64,000 bases of DNA from a virus, in the IMG/VR virus record IMGVR_UViG_3300021507_000001, positions 5,105 through 69,104 of that record. One strand, given 5' to 3'. The translations under genes were made by a program, and so were the position numbers. Within the stretch, counting starts at the first letter, position 1. Every line of letters begins with the position of its first letter. This document shows, piece after piece, positions 1 through 9,644 of the stretch. The notes under the pieces are model-generated. The model saw only the letters and a list, made by a program, of their open reading frames with translations. It did no database searches and was not told the origin of the DNA.

Positions 1-931
1 GCACGACAACATCCCAGGACTGCGCATGTAGACCAGTGCTGCCGCCTCGTCCGGCCCGGCCCGTGGCGTAGAATGTGTCACCGATGCGCTTGAGCCAACC
101 CAGCCGGAAGAAGGTATAGTTGTCCACTATGTCTGCTGGTATGATGGGCCAGACGCCCGACTTGCCGACAAGTGTGCCGTCAGCGTCTATGTCTACTATC
201 ATCGCTTTGGGAGAACCACCGTCGACAGAGTTAAAAATAACTACATCGTAGCTGCCGTCTTCAGAGGTGGCCGCGTCAAACCAGGTGACATTGCCGCTAT
301 ACATAAATTCCTTGTCGACAATGAAGCTTAGTAATGTCATGCGTGTTTCATAGCCGGTGCCGGTGCCAGACTCGCACTGGATGGTGAAACGATAGCTGTC
401 ACCGCCAACGATAGATACGGGGCCAAATACATAGTGCCTGCGTCCGTTCGGGGACGTGGCATCTGTCACCGCCAGAGACACTTTTTGCGGCCAGTACACA
501 GCGCTGCTGACCTTGGTGTTGGTGGCAGTATCTATGTCGTATCCGTATATGTAGTTATGCGTGCCGTCATCGTACATGTAGTAAACCTGGTTATTCACCA
601 GGGACATTCTTTGAATGTTGTAGCCACTGTGGCTACCCACAGAATACGAACCCGTGGTAGAAGCCAGCGTGTCGACATTTACTTTGAGCCAGCGTAGTCC
701 ATAAGGAACGTTGTTGTCTCGCCATACCTTGTAGATGTAGCCGTTGTAATAACATGAGTCCACTGCTGCGTAGGGGGCTACTCCGTAGGGCTGGCTCTGG
801 CTGTAGTTGGTTAGTGTGTACGAGTGCTTGAGTGTCCAGCGCGCTTGCACATCACGAAAGACGACGTGGGATACTGGTTTTGTATTCTGCGACACCATTG
901 CGGCTAACTGGTCTGGCGTTACGTTTCTCAT
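1..931 (-). CDS. tail protein (hub/baseplate-like), 3' truncated by window edge
   Basis: ATG at 931 overlaps the upstream stop (ATGA); frame MRNVTPDQLAAMVSQNTKPVSHVVFRD... appears to run off the window; follows TMP and Dit-like gene. Confidence 0.65.
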   Translation of the reverse strand, partial: MRNVTPDQLAAMVSQNTKPVSHVVFRDVQARWTLKHSYTLTNYSQSQPYGVAPYAAVDSCYYNGYIYKVWRDNNVPYGLRWLKVNVDTLASTTGSYSVGSHSGYNIQRMSLVNNQVYYMYDDGTHNYIYGYDIDTATNTKVSSAVYWPQKVSLAVTDATSPNGRRHYVFGPVSIVGGDSYRFTIQCESGTGTGYETRMTLLSFIVDKEFMYSGNVTWFDAATSEDGSYDVVIFNSVDGGSPKAMIVDIDADGTLVGKSGVWPIIPADIVDNYTFFRLGWLKRIGDTFYATGRAGRGGSTGLHAQSWDVVV

Positions 932-1335
932 ATGGCTGTCGTTTCCATCATTTTGAGTACTACGTAGCTAGGGCTGGTGGATAGGTCATAGCTTTGTAGC
1001 TGTGGCGTCAACTCCCCCACCAAGTACACGCTGTGTGAGCTGCCATCGATGTCAGTGAGCGTGATGATGTTGTTGGGTGTGCCATTGGGGTCGTCTAGCG
1101 TGAAGAGCGCTTTGAGATCCGCCAGTGTACCGTTGGGCGGTGTGGCGGTGGCAGGAGCTTTCAGCCGGTACATCCACGTCCTAGTCACCACGCCGATCTG
1201 GTTCACGAGCTTGCCGGTAATGGTCTGGCTGATCTTGTCCGACTTGATCATACTGGGCCGGTAGCCCTTCAGCGTGACCGTAAACCGGTATGCGTTGCCC
1301 ACGCTGTCTGTTAGCACGATATAGCTATTGCTCAC
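928..1335 (-). CDS. distal tail (Dit)-like protein
   Basis: 135 aa, beta-rich, directly after tape measure gene. Confidence 0.6.
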   Translation of the reverse strand: MSNSYIVLTDSVGNAYRFTVTLKGYRPSMIKSDKISQTITGKLVNQIGVVTRTWMYRLKAPATATPPNGTLADLKALFTLDDPNGTPNNIITLTDIDGSSHSVYLVGELTPQLQSYDLSTSPSYVVLKMMETTAI

Positions 1336-1342
1336 TGTGTGT

Positions 1343-4300
1343 TCACCTCGGTCCTACGTGTACGGGTAGTTCTATGGGGTCTGGTGTGTAGTTCGCCATT
1401 TCTTTGCGCACCATGTCTTCTAATAGATGAGGAATGTTGTCGCGTATGAAGTTGATCCATTGCAGCATCCGCACGCTTTCCTCAAAAGCAAGCTGGCTCT
1501 GTGCGTCGGCCAGTGTGTTCATGACTCCCTGGTGCTTGATCGCTGCGTCCAAGCCTTCTTGGGCCAGGTCGCGCTGCTGAGCAGCTAGCCCAGCACTGAT
1601 ACCCGCCGCTTTGATGTTGAGGTCATGCTGTTCTGTGAATGCCCTCTTCTCTTCTGCCATCTGCGCCATCTGAAGAGAGTGGCTAGCCACGTAGTTGGCA
1701 AGCGATTGCGCGTGTTGCTTGTTTTGCAAGCTGGCGATGGCCTCGGTGTGTTTCTTCTGCTCGTTCAGGTGGTCTTTAGCGGTTTTGTGATCTTCGTCTT
1801 CCCACTTGCGCTTTTCGTCGCGGTGTTCTTTGCTAGTGGCAAAGTCTTCCTCGGCCCATTTCTGCTGCTGTTCTATTTGCTCGCGCCGTATGTCGAAGCG
1901 TTTGTCTTCTAGGTCCCAGATTTCTTCCTGGCGATCCTTGGCGGCAGACGCCTGGCCCTGTTCCATGTTGTAGAGTGTGGTGGTGCGCTCTTGTTGTGTT
2001 ATTAGCTGCTTACGCTGGCGGCCTGAGGCATACCGGATGTTCTCGGTGATGTCCTCTTGTTGCCAGCCGAACTGTAGCGCGCCGCGCTCCTCACCATAGG
2101 CCCAGCCGGCCCGCGTGCCAGCACGAGAGATTCCGGCCATTTCCTGGCTGATTTGTAGTCCTTGTATCTGCCAGCCGTACTGTACTCCCTGGCGTTCTTG
2201 CCCTTGCTCAATCGCGGTGTCTTCCCAGCCGCGCTGTGCCTGGGTGCGTTGCCAGTTGCGCTCTATGGCCTGACCCTGCCAGGCTTGCTGGGTGCGTTGC
2301 CAGCTCTGGTTTTCTCCCATCATGGCCCCTTGTAAGGCCCAGTTGCTCATGAATTGGCTCTGTTGTAGGGCCATCTGCTGCTCGCGCCACCCGAAGCGTC
2401 CCACATAACCATCAGGGGTACCAGGTTCGTCCCCCATGGTCTGCCGGTAGCTAAGTTGCAGGCGTTGCATTTGTATGCCTGCCTGGGCCATGGCTCCCTG
2501 GTAGGACAGGTCTATCCCCTGTTGGCGTAGACCAAATTGTATTTGCTGATAAGAGCGGCTCTCATCGCGCTGTCGTGTCTGGTAGAGGCGCTGCCGGTAC
2601 AGGGCCAGCATACGACCCGCAGACGTTGCCTGCATGGGCAGCTCGGCGGGCTTCATCGCGCCGAGCCCACTCTGGTCCATAGCCCAGGCCACGGTCTCTA
2701 TGTCGCCACTGGCGGCGGCGGTCAACAGATCGCCGAATCGGGTGCCCTCTTCCCCTATCCCCATCCTTCCCATTTTCTCGAACAGCGCGCCCGCTGCGCT
2801 ACGGCTCATGGCGGCGTGGGGGCCAAATGTGAGCGGTTGCATGTACTTGTTGGAAACTGTCATGCCTATGGCGGCCTGGGTAGGCGTAAGTCCATTCTCG
2901 CCACCGATTATGCCGTAGCCATGTTGTATGTCAGTCCCTCTACCACCAAAGGCAAGGGAAAGGTTGCCTAGTTGCTGGGCGTTCACGTCGCCACGCGCCA
3001 GTGCCTCAAGCATGGGGTCGGCAGCCATGGTGTTCAGGTTTGTCTCGTCTATGTAAGCCATGTACTGCCCTGCGCCAGAGAGGAACTGCTCTTCTCCCAG
3101 GTAGCCCAGTTTCTCGTTCAGTGCGCCGCCCTCGGCAATTTTGTTGGCATAGAAGCTGCGCATGGTGGCGGTGCGTTCTTGGATGTCCATACCAGACATC
3201 TTGCCGCTGGCAATCCGAGCCGCGAGCTGCTGAACACGCCCCGTGCGCGTGTCCGTGGCGAGCTGGGCGGGCGGAGTATATTCGTATTCAGGGGACATGT
3301 GTGTTGCCGCGCTTTGAAGTTGCCGCATGCGCTCATCGGGGCTCCCCCCCCCCATGGTTGCCTGCGCGGCTGTTCGCTCAAACCAGTTGGTGCTATTTAG
3401 CGCGGTCGCCGCAGTCAGGTCCGTGCGGTTTACTTCTTGTACGTAGTTCACCGCGCCGTAGAGTGCAGCGGCACCACCTACTGCCAGGCCGACAGGGCCT
3501 GCCGCTGCTAGCCCGCCCCATGCGGGTAGCCCGGCCCAACCAGCGACTATCCCAGATACAGCACCCAATCCAATTGGTATACCGGCCAAGCCCATCGCTC
3601 CGCCCATGGTGGGTGAGGTCATGGCACCCATGCCACCGCCATAGGCTTGGTAGGCAGTGCGTCCTACTGTGCCTCGATAGGCAGCTTGTCTGGCTTGGGT
3701 AGACAGCAGCCCGCGCGCCACAGTGCCCAGTGGAGCAGAAACGCCAGGCTGACCAGCCATGGCCGCCTGGGATGCTGCCATTTCCTGCTGCGCGGCTATG
3801 GGCATGTCTGCAATTGTGGCACCACCGGTGAGGCCCCAGATGCGGTTGAGTTGCATCAGGCTCCACCCGCTCATTAGTTTTGTCCCTATGCGGCCAGCAC
3901 CAGCCCAAGCTTGCCCAAGTATGCCGGGGCCACCCTCGGGGCCACCACCACCGTCCCCGGGGCCACCACCACCCATCATGCGCCGGGTTATCTCGGCCAC
4001 TCTCTCATTGCTTACTTGCGCGGTGGCCTGGGCAATTCCGGTATCTAGCCACGGAGCAATAACTTTGCTGAGTTTGCTGAGTGCCATGTCTGCTCGCTCA
4101 TTGCGCTTTTGCAGGGCGGCAATATCTTGTTCCTTTAGGCCCTCTTGCTGCAGGGCAAGGTTGGAAACAGACATTTCTCTCTTGAGTGTGTCACGCGCTG
4201 TTTTGAGCAGGCTAATATGCTTGAGCTGTTCCTCGGTCATGCCTTTGGTGGCGTCGTAGCCCTTAATTATGCCGCCAGTCCACTGCTCGATGGCTTTGAT

Positions 4301-7300
4301 TAGCTCACCAGCGGTTGCGCCGAGTTTGTTGAAGGTGACTAGCCCCTGCGCTGCTTGGGCGGAGGGATTGTTGCCGAGAAGTCCGGCCAGGCTAGCTAGC
4401 CCCTCTCCGACGCTATTAATTCCAGCGGAGCGGAGCTGATTCTCAATTGTCCCAGCGGTATTTCCGGCGGCTTTTACTCTGCGTGCTTCCCGCTGTGCTT
4501 TCGTTATCGGTGGTGGGGCATCGTGCCCCTCGTCTTGTAACGCTCGCTCGTACTCCGATGGTGGTGTTGTCAGGCCCGGATCGGGTATTCCACTTACTTC
4601 GCTTACTTCCACTGGTGATTCTTCTTGCGGTGGTGTTGCAAAATTGATTGGGGTAGCCGGAGGGGCCTCGGTGGATCGCTCGGCCGGGGCCGCCAGGTGT
4701 ACCCCAGAGGCCCGCGCCATATTTATGCCTAGGGGAACCTGGGGAAGATGTCCCGGCTCAGGCATTGCTAGTGGTTCGGTGACGGTGATTGGTTTCCGTG
4801 TCGCTTGCGGCCCGGGCGCGGCGACTGAATCTGACTTCTGTGTGGGCTGTTTCTCGGACGGAGTAGTCTGGGCCGCTTCTCGCGGGGGTTGTTTGGACGT
4901 GGCGGTCGAATCTGGCTCTTGCGTGGGCTGTTTCTCGGACGGAGCGGTTTGGGTTGCTTCTCGTGTGGGTTGTTCGGGTGCAGTAGCTGGGGCCGGTTTC
5001 TGTTTCTTGGCTAGGTTAATTTCGGCCTTAGGCAGAATATTGGGGCGTTCTTTGTCCTTGGGTTCTGTCCAAAAAGGCTCATAGTACTTCTCATCTTCTT
5101 CCCGGCGTTTCCGAATCACCATGTCTGCCCTGGCACGGGTGGCAGGAGAGACCGGCTGTTTGCTGTATTCCTTTTGAATGGCCCGATAAAGCGCGGCTTG
5201 TTCCTGAACCGCAACCTCTTGTTCTTTGGAGATGCCGGATCCCAACCACGACCGGGGGGTTTTGGGCCATTGTGTATTTTGTACCTTGCCCAAAAGTGTT
5301 TGCCCCATCGGGGTGCTAAGCATTGTGTCTAGCCAGTTCTCGCCAGAGAGCACTTTGCCAGGCGCGTACTCGAAGGCCAGGTTGGGATTGCGGCGTAGTG
5401 CTTCGCCATATTCTGCTACGGCTTGCTGGTTCTTGTCTGTGGCAAATAGCGAGGCAAGGTCGTTGGTGTCGAATACGTATTCGCCAGTTGCACCCTTGGC
5501 TTGCGTAAGTTCCCTGAAGACGTTTTTGAAGATGGTCATTACAGACGCGGGCCGCCCCTTGGAGTAGCGATATGTGAGCTTGCCGTTCTCGATGACGCGC
5601 TCACCATATCCCCTCTTGGCAGAGGCGGTAGCCAACATCTCCACGGCAGCAGCCAGGTGGGGATCGGGGATCGCCTTGCTGGCCTGGCGATATGAATATA
5701 CGTTCTGATGTAGCTCCTCGGCAACGGCTTGCTGCTGCTCGGTCTGGGTGCGCTGCCCAAGCTGTCGTTTCAATATGTTGTAATCTGAACCCGTTAGTCG
5801 TTTCAATAACAGCGCGGACTTGGATGCGTCGGCTAATTGCTCTTGAGAGAATTCGTTCAGGTTGTTGTACTTTTCTTGCACTTCTGCCGCAGAAAGAGGG
5901 AGGTCTAAGACCTCACTACCACGCCCACGCTTTCTCATCTCAAGTGCCATTCTTGTAATGTCGGTCACGGATGCTATTTGGGGCCTGTCTTTCATAAAGA
6001 ACTGGCCCGTGTCGGGGTTAGCCTGTAGCTTGCCAGTGAGAATAGCCATTGCGGGGTCTAGGTCGAAGTCACGGCCCAGTGCTTCTGCAAGAAGCGGGCT
6101 AACAATTGGCCCCATGGCCTGCTCGCCCTTGTACTGACTCATAAAGCGCACGGACAGCTTGCCGATTTCGAAGTCCCTGCCAGTGCCAGGATATCCTGTC
6201 ACGTAGGCCCCAATTTTCTCCTCGGACCCGCTCTGCATTTGTTTCAACAGCCGGTCCTTGTCTTCTTGTCTTGTCACGCCAAGTGCTTTGAAAATGAACT
6301 TGTCTGGCAAGTAAACTTCATTGGGTGCGATGCTAGAGTCAGCCCTAAAAATACCGCTAAATACGTTGGGGCTGTGCATGGCCCCGTGCAGCTGCTTGAT
6401 GGCCTTTGGGCTGGTGGCCATCTTTTGTTGTTCCCCAATAGCCAGGAGAGATGACTTGATTGCTCTACTGCGTATTTCTCTGTCTTTTGAGTCAACATTA
6501 GCAAAGTAGTCGTATGCGGCCTTTGCCATCTTGCTGCTGGTGCCACCAGCATGTAAAGCTCCCTGGCCTGACATCTGGTGTAGTATGGCCTGCGGAGACA
6601 TGAGTACTCCCGCCGCCCCCATGTATATTTGTTTGCCACCTATCTCTGACTCGGCGGCTACTTCCCAGAAGTTCTTGGCTAGGATATCTGCTGGGATGTA
6701 CTCCTCGCCCATTTCCTTTTTCCATGGCCCACCCACGGCGGCAGCTCTCTGGCGAGCGGTGTCCATGATGTTCTCGTATGTGGTGCGATCCTTCCCGCGA
6801 AAGTCTACCAGGTCAGGTCTTTCTAGCTTCGGGTCGGCGGTTCTGGCCGCTGCTTCTATGAGAGAGATCCGCGCAGCGTCCTGTGCGTCTGCTTGTGCGC
6901 GCAGCTGTGCGGCCCCCTCTGTATCATAGCGCGCCATTTCCCTGATCTGCTCGTCAGAGACGTAGTTCTTTTTTCCGGGGTAGCTGCGCATGGGAATCTT
7001 GAGCGAGAAATTTTCTGCGTCTATGCCACGCATGCGCCTTTGTATTAGTAGTTTCCCATCGCCAAGATCTAGGGGTTCTTGAGACGGGTCTATTACGTTT
7101 TCATATCTATACAGCTGGCTGGCAGGAATGACTGTGGGAACCAAAATCTCAGTCATGTCGCGAGGAAGAATTGTGTTGAAGAAATAGTCGGCGGCCCTTT
7201 GAGAGGTCTCGGCATTCCAGGATGCTTGTCTACCCAGTGTGGCAAGCTCTTCTTCTGTGGCGTCGGCTCCCCCAAGGCCAAGTGCCCTAGCGAATTCTGC

Positions 7301-8890
7301 CGGTCTGTTTGCAAAATAGTTTTGTGGTACGTTCTCGAGGTACTTTGCGGACACGAGGGCCTCGAAGCCCAACTCATCCAAAATTGGGTCGGGGTATAAT
7401 TGGTGGCGCGATGTACCACCCTTGTTCCCTGGTGATGTCTGCGCATTGTTTGCGTACAGCCTGAGTGTGGCGGTGAGGTAGTTTTTGTATTTGTCTCCTT
7501 CTTCACCAGCGACAAGGCCAATGTTCTCAAGCGTGACTTGACTTACCTTGCGGCCCAGTCCGAAATCTATAGGACTAAGCCCGCCAGCCAGTGATACGTC
7601 CCCTTGCTCCCACACGCTGCCAGGCCGTGCCAGCGACAGCTTTTCTATGTCTATGTCAGACGCAATCGGCACGCGCACGGTCTTGTATGTACTCATGCCC
7701 TTAATAAGGCCGGGCCGGACAGCCATTTGGCCCTTCTCGCCAGTTTCGCCAAAGACAACGAAGGCATGAACCCGCATACCGATGTCGTGCTGTCCCGCTT
7801 TACCAAGTCCTATTTCTTCTGGCTCTAGCAATGATTTTCCACTGGCGTCAACGGGAACCCAGCCCGCATTGGGGCGTATTGTGTTCCCCATCTGTTTCAT
7901 GGCCTTGGCGCCCATCACGGGGTCAGTAGGATCACCCTTAAACATCAGCCCACCACCAGGGCCATGTATGCCCTGGTAGTATTCCGTGAGAACGTCTATT
8001 GGGTATTGTGTGCGTCCAACCTGTATCCAGCCGGGCTTTACGATATCATTGCCGTATTTGTCGGTTTCTACTGGCTCGCCAATATTTCGCCGAAACTCAG
8101 CAGCTAGGTTGGTGGGGTTTATGGGCAGCAGCGGTCGTTGCCCGCGTTCTATTTCCTGTATTACACCCCGCGCCTCGTTTTGGGGTCTGTCGCCCAGACC
8201 CCATGCCTGCCAGGCTTGCGCGCGCTGCTTCTCAGTAAGCTCGCGTGCTTTGGGCAGGCTGCTCTCTATCAAGCCCTGCCAGTCACTTAGTCGGTTTGGG
8301 GGCAAAACTTCTTGCCAGGCCCCGTAATCCTCGGCGACTGTTTGTTGAGAGCTCCCGCCCAAAGCCTCGTTTATTAAGTCGCCCCGGTTCGAGGGGGCAT
8401 CTGATTGTTCACGCGAGTCGCGCGCCGCCTGGAAGTAGGGTTCAAGTCGTGAGCCATATAAGGTCTGGAGCTGCTCGGCTACATTGCTTGTGGGGATCCC
8501 CCCGAAACTGATGTAGCTTTGGTACATTTTGTCACGGAGCGTTGGGTCCAGCTCGCCAAGGTTGAGTGCTTTTACTCTCCCGAACCAGGGATCGGCGTGT
8601 AGCGCCTCTGGGCTACCAAAGGGCACTTCGTGTGGTGTTACCCCCTGGGAAGGAACTGGAGCACTAGGCACTCCACCGGGTTGCTTCGGCTGTGGTATAA
8701 CTGGTGGCTGTTTTACGCCCTTCGCCCGCCGAGATATAATCCGCGCCTTCCTGGCGGCGAGAATGTCTTGTACGACGCTTGCGTGTGTAGATACCCACTC
8801 TTGTTGTCTCAAGATACGCTCTTGATCCTCGCGCGTGGTGGCGGCAAGAGCCGCATTTATTTCGGCTGCTGAATAGTTACTTCTACCCAT
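1343..8890 (-). CDS. tape measure protein with N-terminal two-barrel RNA polymerase-like region
   Basis: Follows frameshifted tail chaperones; C-half has Gly/Ala hydrophobic segments and Gln/Trp coiled-coil repeats; N-half has RNAP-like motifs (SPLLAEALGRDFDLDPAMAI, PGNKGG); ATG 8890 with GGAGG upstream. Confidence 0.85.
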   Translation of the reverse strand: MGRSNYSAAEINAALAATTREDQERILRQQEWVSTHASVVQDILAARKARIISRRAKGVKQPPVIPQPKQPGGVPSAPVPSQGVTPHEVPFGSPEALHADPWFGRVKALNLGELDPTLRDKMYQSYISFGGIPTSNVAEQLQTLYGSRLEPYFQAARDSREQSDAPSNRGDLINEALGGSSQQTVAEDYGAWQEVLPPNRLSDWQGLIESSLPKARELTEKQRAQAWQAWGLGDRPQNEARGVIQEIERGQRPLLPINPTNLAAEFRRNIGEPVETDKYGNDIVKPGWIQVGRTQYPIDVLTEYYQGIHGPGGGLMFKGDPTDPVMGAKAMKQMGNTIRPNAGWVPVDASGKSLLEPEEIGLGKAGQHDIGMRVHAFVVFGETGEKGQMAVRPGLIKGMSTYKTVRVPIASDIDIEKLSLARPGSVWEQGDVSLAGGLSPIDFGLGRKVSQVTLENIGLVAGEEGDKYKNYLTATLRLYANNAQTSPGNKGGTSRHQLYPDPILDELGFEALVSAKYLENVPQNYFANRPAEFARALGLGGADATEEELATLGRQASWNAETSQRAADYFFNTILPRDMTEILVPTVIPASQLYRYENVIDPSQEPLDLGDGKLLIQRRMRGIDAENFSLKIPMRSYPGKKNYVSDEQIREMARYDTEGAAQLRAQADAQDAARISLIEAAARTADPKLERPDLVDFRGKDRTTYENIMDTARQRAAAVGGPWKKEMGEEYIPADILAKNFWEVAAESEIGGKQIYMGAAGVLMSPQAILHQMSGQGALHAGGTSSKMAKAAYDYFANVDSKDREIRSRAIKSSLLAIGEQQKMATSPKAIKQLHGAMHSPNVFSGIFRADSSIAPNEVYLPDKFIFKALGVTRQEDKDRLLKQMQSGSEEKIGAYVTGYPGTGRDFEIGKLSVRFMSQYKGEQAMGPIVSPLLAEALGRDFDLDPAMAILTGKLQANPDTGQFFMKDRPQIASVTDITRMALEMRKRGRGSEVLDLPLSAAEVQEKYNNLNEFSQEQLADASKSALLLKRLTGSDYNILKRQLGQRTQTEQQQAVAEELHQNVYSYRQASKAIPDPHLAAAVEMLATASAKRGYGERVIENGKLTYRYSKGRPASVMTIFKNVFRELTQAKGATGEYVFDTNDLASLFATDKNQQAVAEYGEALRRNPNLAFEYAPGKVLSGENWLDTMLSTPMGQTLLGKVQNTQWPKTPRSWLGSGISKEQEVAVQEQAALYRAIQKEYSKQPVSPATRARADMVIRKRREEDEKYYEPFWTEPKDKERPNILPKAEINLAKKQKPAPATAPEQPTREATQTAPSEKQPTQEPDSTATSKQPPREAAQTTPSEKQPTQKSDSVAAPGPQATRKPITVTEPLAMPEPGHLPQVPLGINMARASGVHLAAPAERSTEAPPATPINFATPPQEESPVEVSEVSGIPDPGLTTPPSEYERALQDEGHDAPPPITKAQREARRVKAAGNTAGTIENQLRSAGINSVGEGLASLAGLLGNNPSAQAAQGLVTFNKLGATAGELIKAIEQWTGGIIKGYDATKGMTEEQLKHISLLKTARDTLKREMSVSNLALQQEGLKEQDIAALQKRNERADMALSKLSKVIAPWLDTGIAQATAQVSNERVAEITRRMMGGGGPGDGGGGPEGGPGILGQAWAGAGRIGTKLMSGWSLMQLNRIWGLTGGATIADMPIAAQQEMAASQAAMAGQPGVSAPLGTVARGLLSTQARQAAYRGTVGRTAYQAYGGGMGAMTSPTMGGAMGLAGIPIGLGAVSGIVAGWAGLPAWGGLAAAGPVGLAVGGAAALYGAVNYVQEVNRTDLTAATALNSTNWFERTAAQATMGGGSPDERMRQLQSAATHMSPEYEYTPPAQLATDTRTGRVQQLAARIASGKMSGMDIQERTATMRSFYANKIAEGGALNEKLGYLGEEQFLSGAGQYMAYIDETNLNTMAADPMLEALARGDVNAQQLGNLSLAFGGRGTDIQHGYGIIGGENGLTPTQAAIGMTVSNKYMQPLTFGPHAAMSRSAAGALFEKMGRMGIGEEGTRFGDLLTAAASGDIETVAWAMDQSGLGAMKPAELPMQATSAGRMLALYRQRLYQTRQRDESRSYQQIQFGLRQQGIDLSYQGAMAQAGIQMQRLQLSYRQTMGDEPGTPDGYVGRFGWREQQMALQQSQFMSNWALQGAMMGENQSWQRTQQAWQGQAIERNWQRTQAQRGWEDTAIEQGQERQGVQYGWQIQGLQISQEMAGISRAGTRAGWAYGEERGALQFGWQQEDITENIRYASGRQRKQLITQQERTTTLYNMEQGQASAAKDRQEEIWDLEDKRFDIRREQIEQQQKWAEEDFATSKEHRDEKRKWEDEDHKTAKDHLNEQKKHTEAIASLQNKQHAQSLANYVASHSLQMAQMAEEKRAFTEQHDLNIKAAGISAGLAAQQRDLAQEGLDAAIKHQGVMNTLADAQSQLAFEESVRMLQWINFIRDNIPHLLEDMVRKEMANYTPDPIELPVHVGPR
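4842..4990 (-). repeat. 81-bp (27-aa) tandem duplication in Pro/Thr/Gln linker of TMP
   Basis: gtgggctgtttctcggacggag at 4842 and 4923; PSEKQPTQ twice. Confidence 0.85.
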
Positions 8891-9173
8891 AGTTCTTGCC
8901 TCCGCTGATCCGGGGGGCCTGCTGCTGTTGCTGTTTGGCGTTGACAGCACGAATGTACGCGACGTTGTCTAGCGCTGTCTGTACAGCGTCTAGGTCACGC
9001 ATGAATGCCTCTGGCTGGTCAGCCCACCCACCACCAAGAGGAAGGCCATAGCGCTCTACTTTCTTGTACATGGTATAGGTGTCTGGCTCCTCTCCCTCAC
9101 CAGAGAGCAAGTAGTTTGTTATTTCCTTGGCGATCTCCTCATCGCGGCGCGCACGCGCGCCTCTTAAAAAGGG
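8883..9173 (-). CDS. tail assembly chaperone, -1 frameshift extension (gpGT-like)
   Basis: -1 frame continues from slippery site; LPLGGGWADQP motif; ends at TMP start. Confidence 0.75.
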   Translation of the reverse strand, partial: PFLRGARARRDEEIAKEITNYLLSGEGEEPDTYTMYKKVERYGLPLGGGWADQPEAFMRDLDAVQTALDNVAYIRAVNAKQQQQQAPRISGGKNYG

Positions 9174-9586
9174 ATGCGCCACTCTGGTACAACATCGCAT
9201 ACCTGGTTGTGCCAGTCGTACACGATGGAGAGAGGCATTTTCTCTATCTTGTCCATGAAGCTGCGCATTGTCTCGTCCTCGCGCGGCTCGAAGGTGATCT
9301 TGTCCCACTCAGAGACCTCGCCTTCCTCATTCCACTTCTTGGGTATCTCCACCACGAGATTGGTGTCTTGATAGGTAAGCCAGATTTCATTGGCAAAGAG
9401 GTAGGCCAAATTGGCCTCGAGGCTAGTTGATACTCTTTCGCTGCTAACGTTGATACTGCGACCCTTGCCGGCGATGGCAGCGCGCGCAATTGCCGTACTG
9501 TAACTGGGTGGCTTGATTAATACCCAGGTGTCTTCGACGCTAGCGAGTTCCCGTTTCTGCGGCAGAAAATCTGCAATCTTAACCAT
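9164..9586 (-). CDS. tail assembly chaperone (gpG-like)
   Basis: Between tail tube and TMP; AGGAG RBS; ends ATC CCT TTT TAA. Confidence 0.75.
   Translation of the reverse strand: MVKIADFLPQKRELASVEDTWVLIKPPSYSTAIARAAIAGKGRSINVSSERVSTSLEANLAYLFANEIWLTYQDTNLVVEIPKKWNEEGEVSEWDKITFEPREDETMRSFMDKIEKMPLSIVYDWHNQVCDVVPEWRIPF
9167..9173 (-). other. -1 programmed frameshift slippery heptamer C CCT TTT
   Basis: X XXY YYZ pattern in correct phase just before chaperone stop. Confidence 0.8.
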
Positions 9587-9603
9587 AGTGTCTCCTTTGT
9601 GAG

Positions 9604-9633
9604 GACGGGGAGGGAGATGTCGCCCTCCCCGTC
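9604..9633 (-). terminator. GC-rich hairpin after tail tube gene
   Basis: GACGGGGAGGG...CCCTCCCCGTC inverted repeat; no clear U-tract. Confidence 0.5.
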
Positions 9634-9644
9634 TGTAGGCCCGT

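Noticed and set aside
1625-8872. Many plus-strand and alternate-frame ORFs overlapping the TMP gene
   Set aside because: Shadow ORFs of a GC-rich gene with no RBS or motifs
8891-8950. Upstream TTG start for TMP given in the ORF track
   Set aside because: ATG at 8890 has a GGAGG RBS and couples to the chaperone stop
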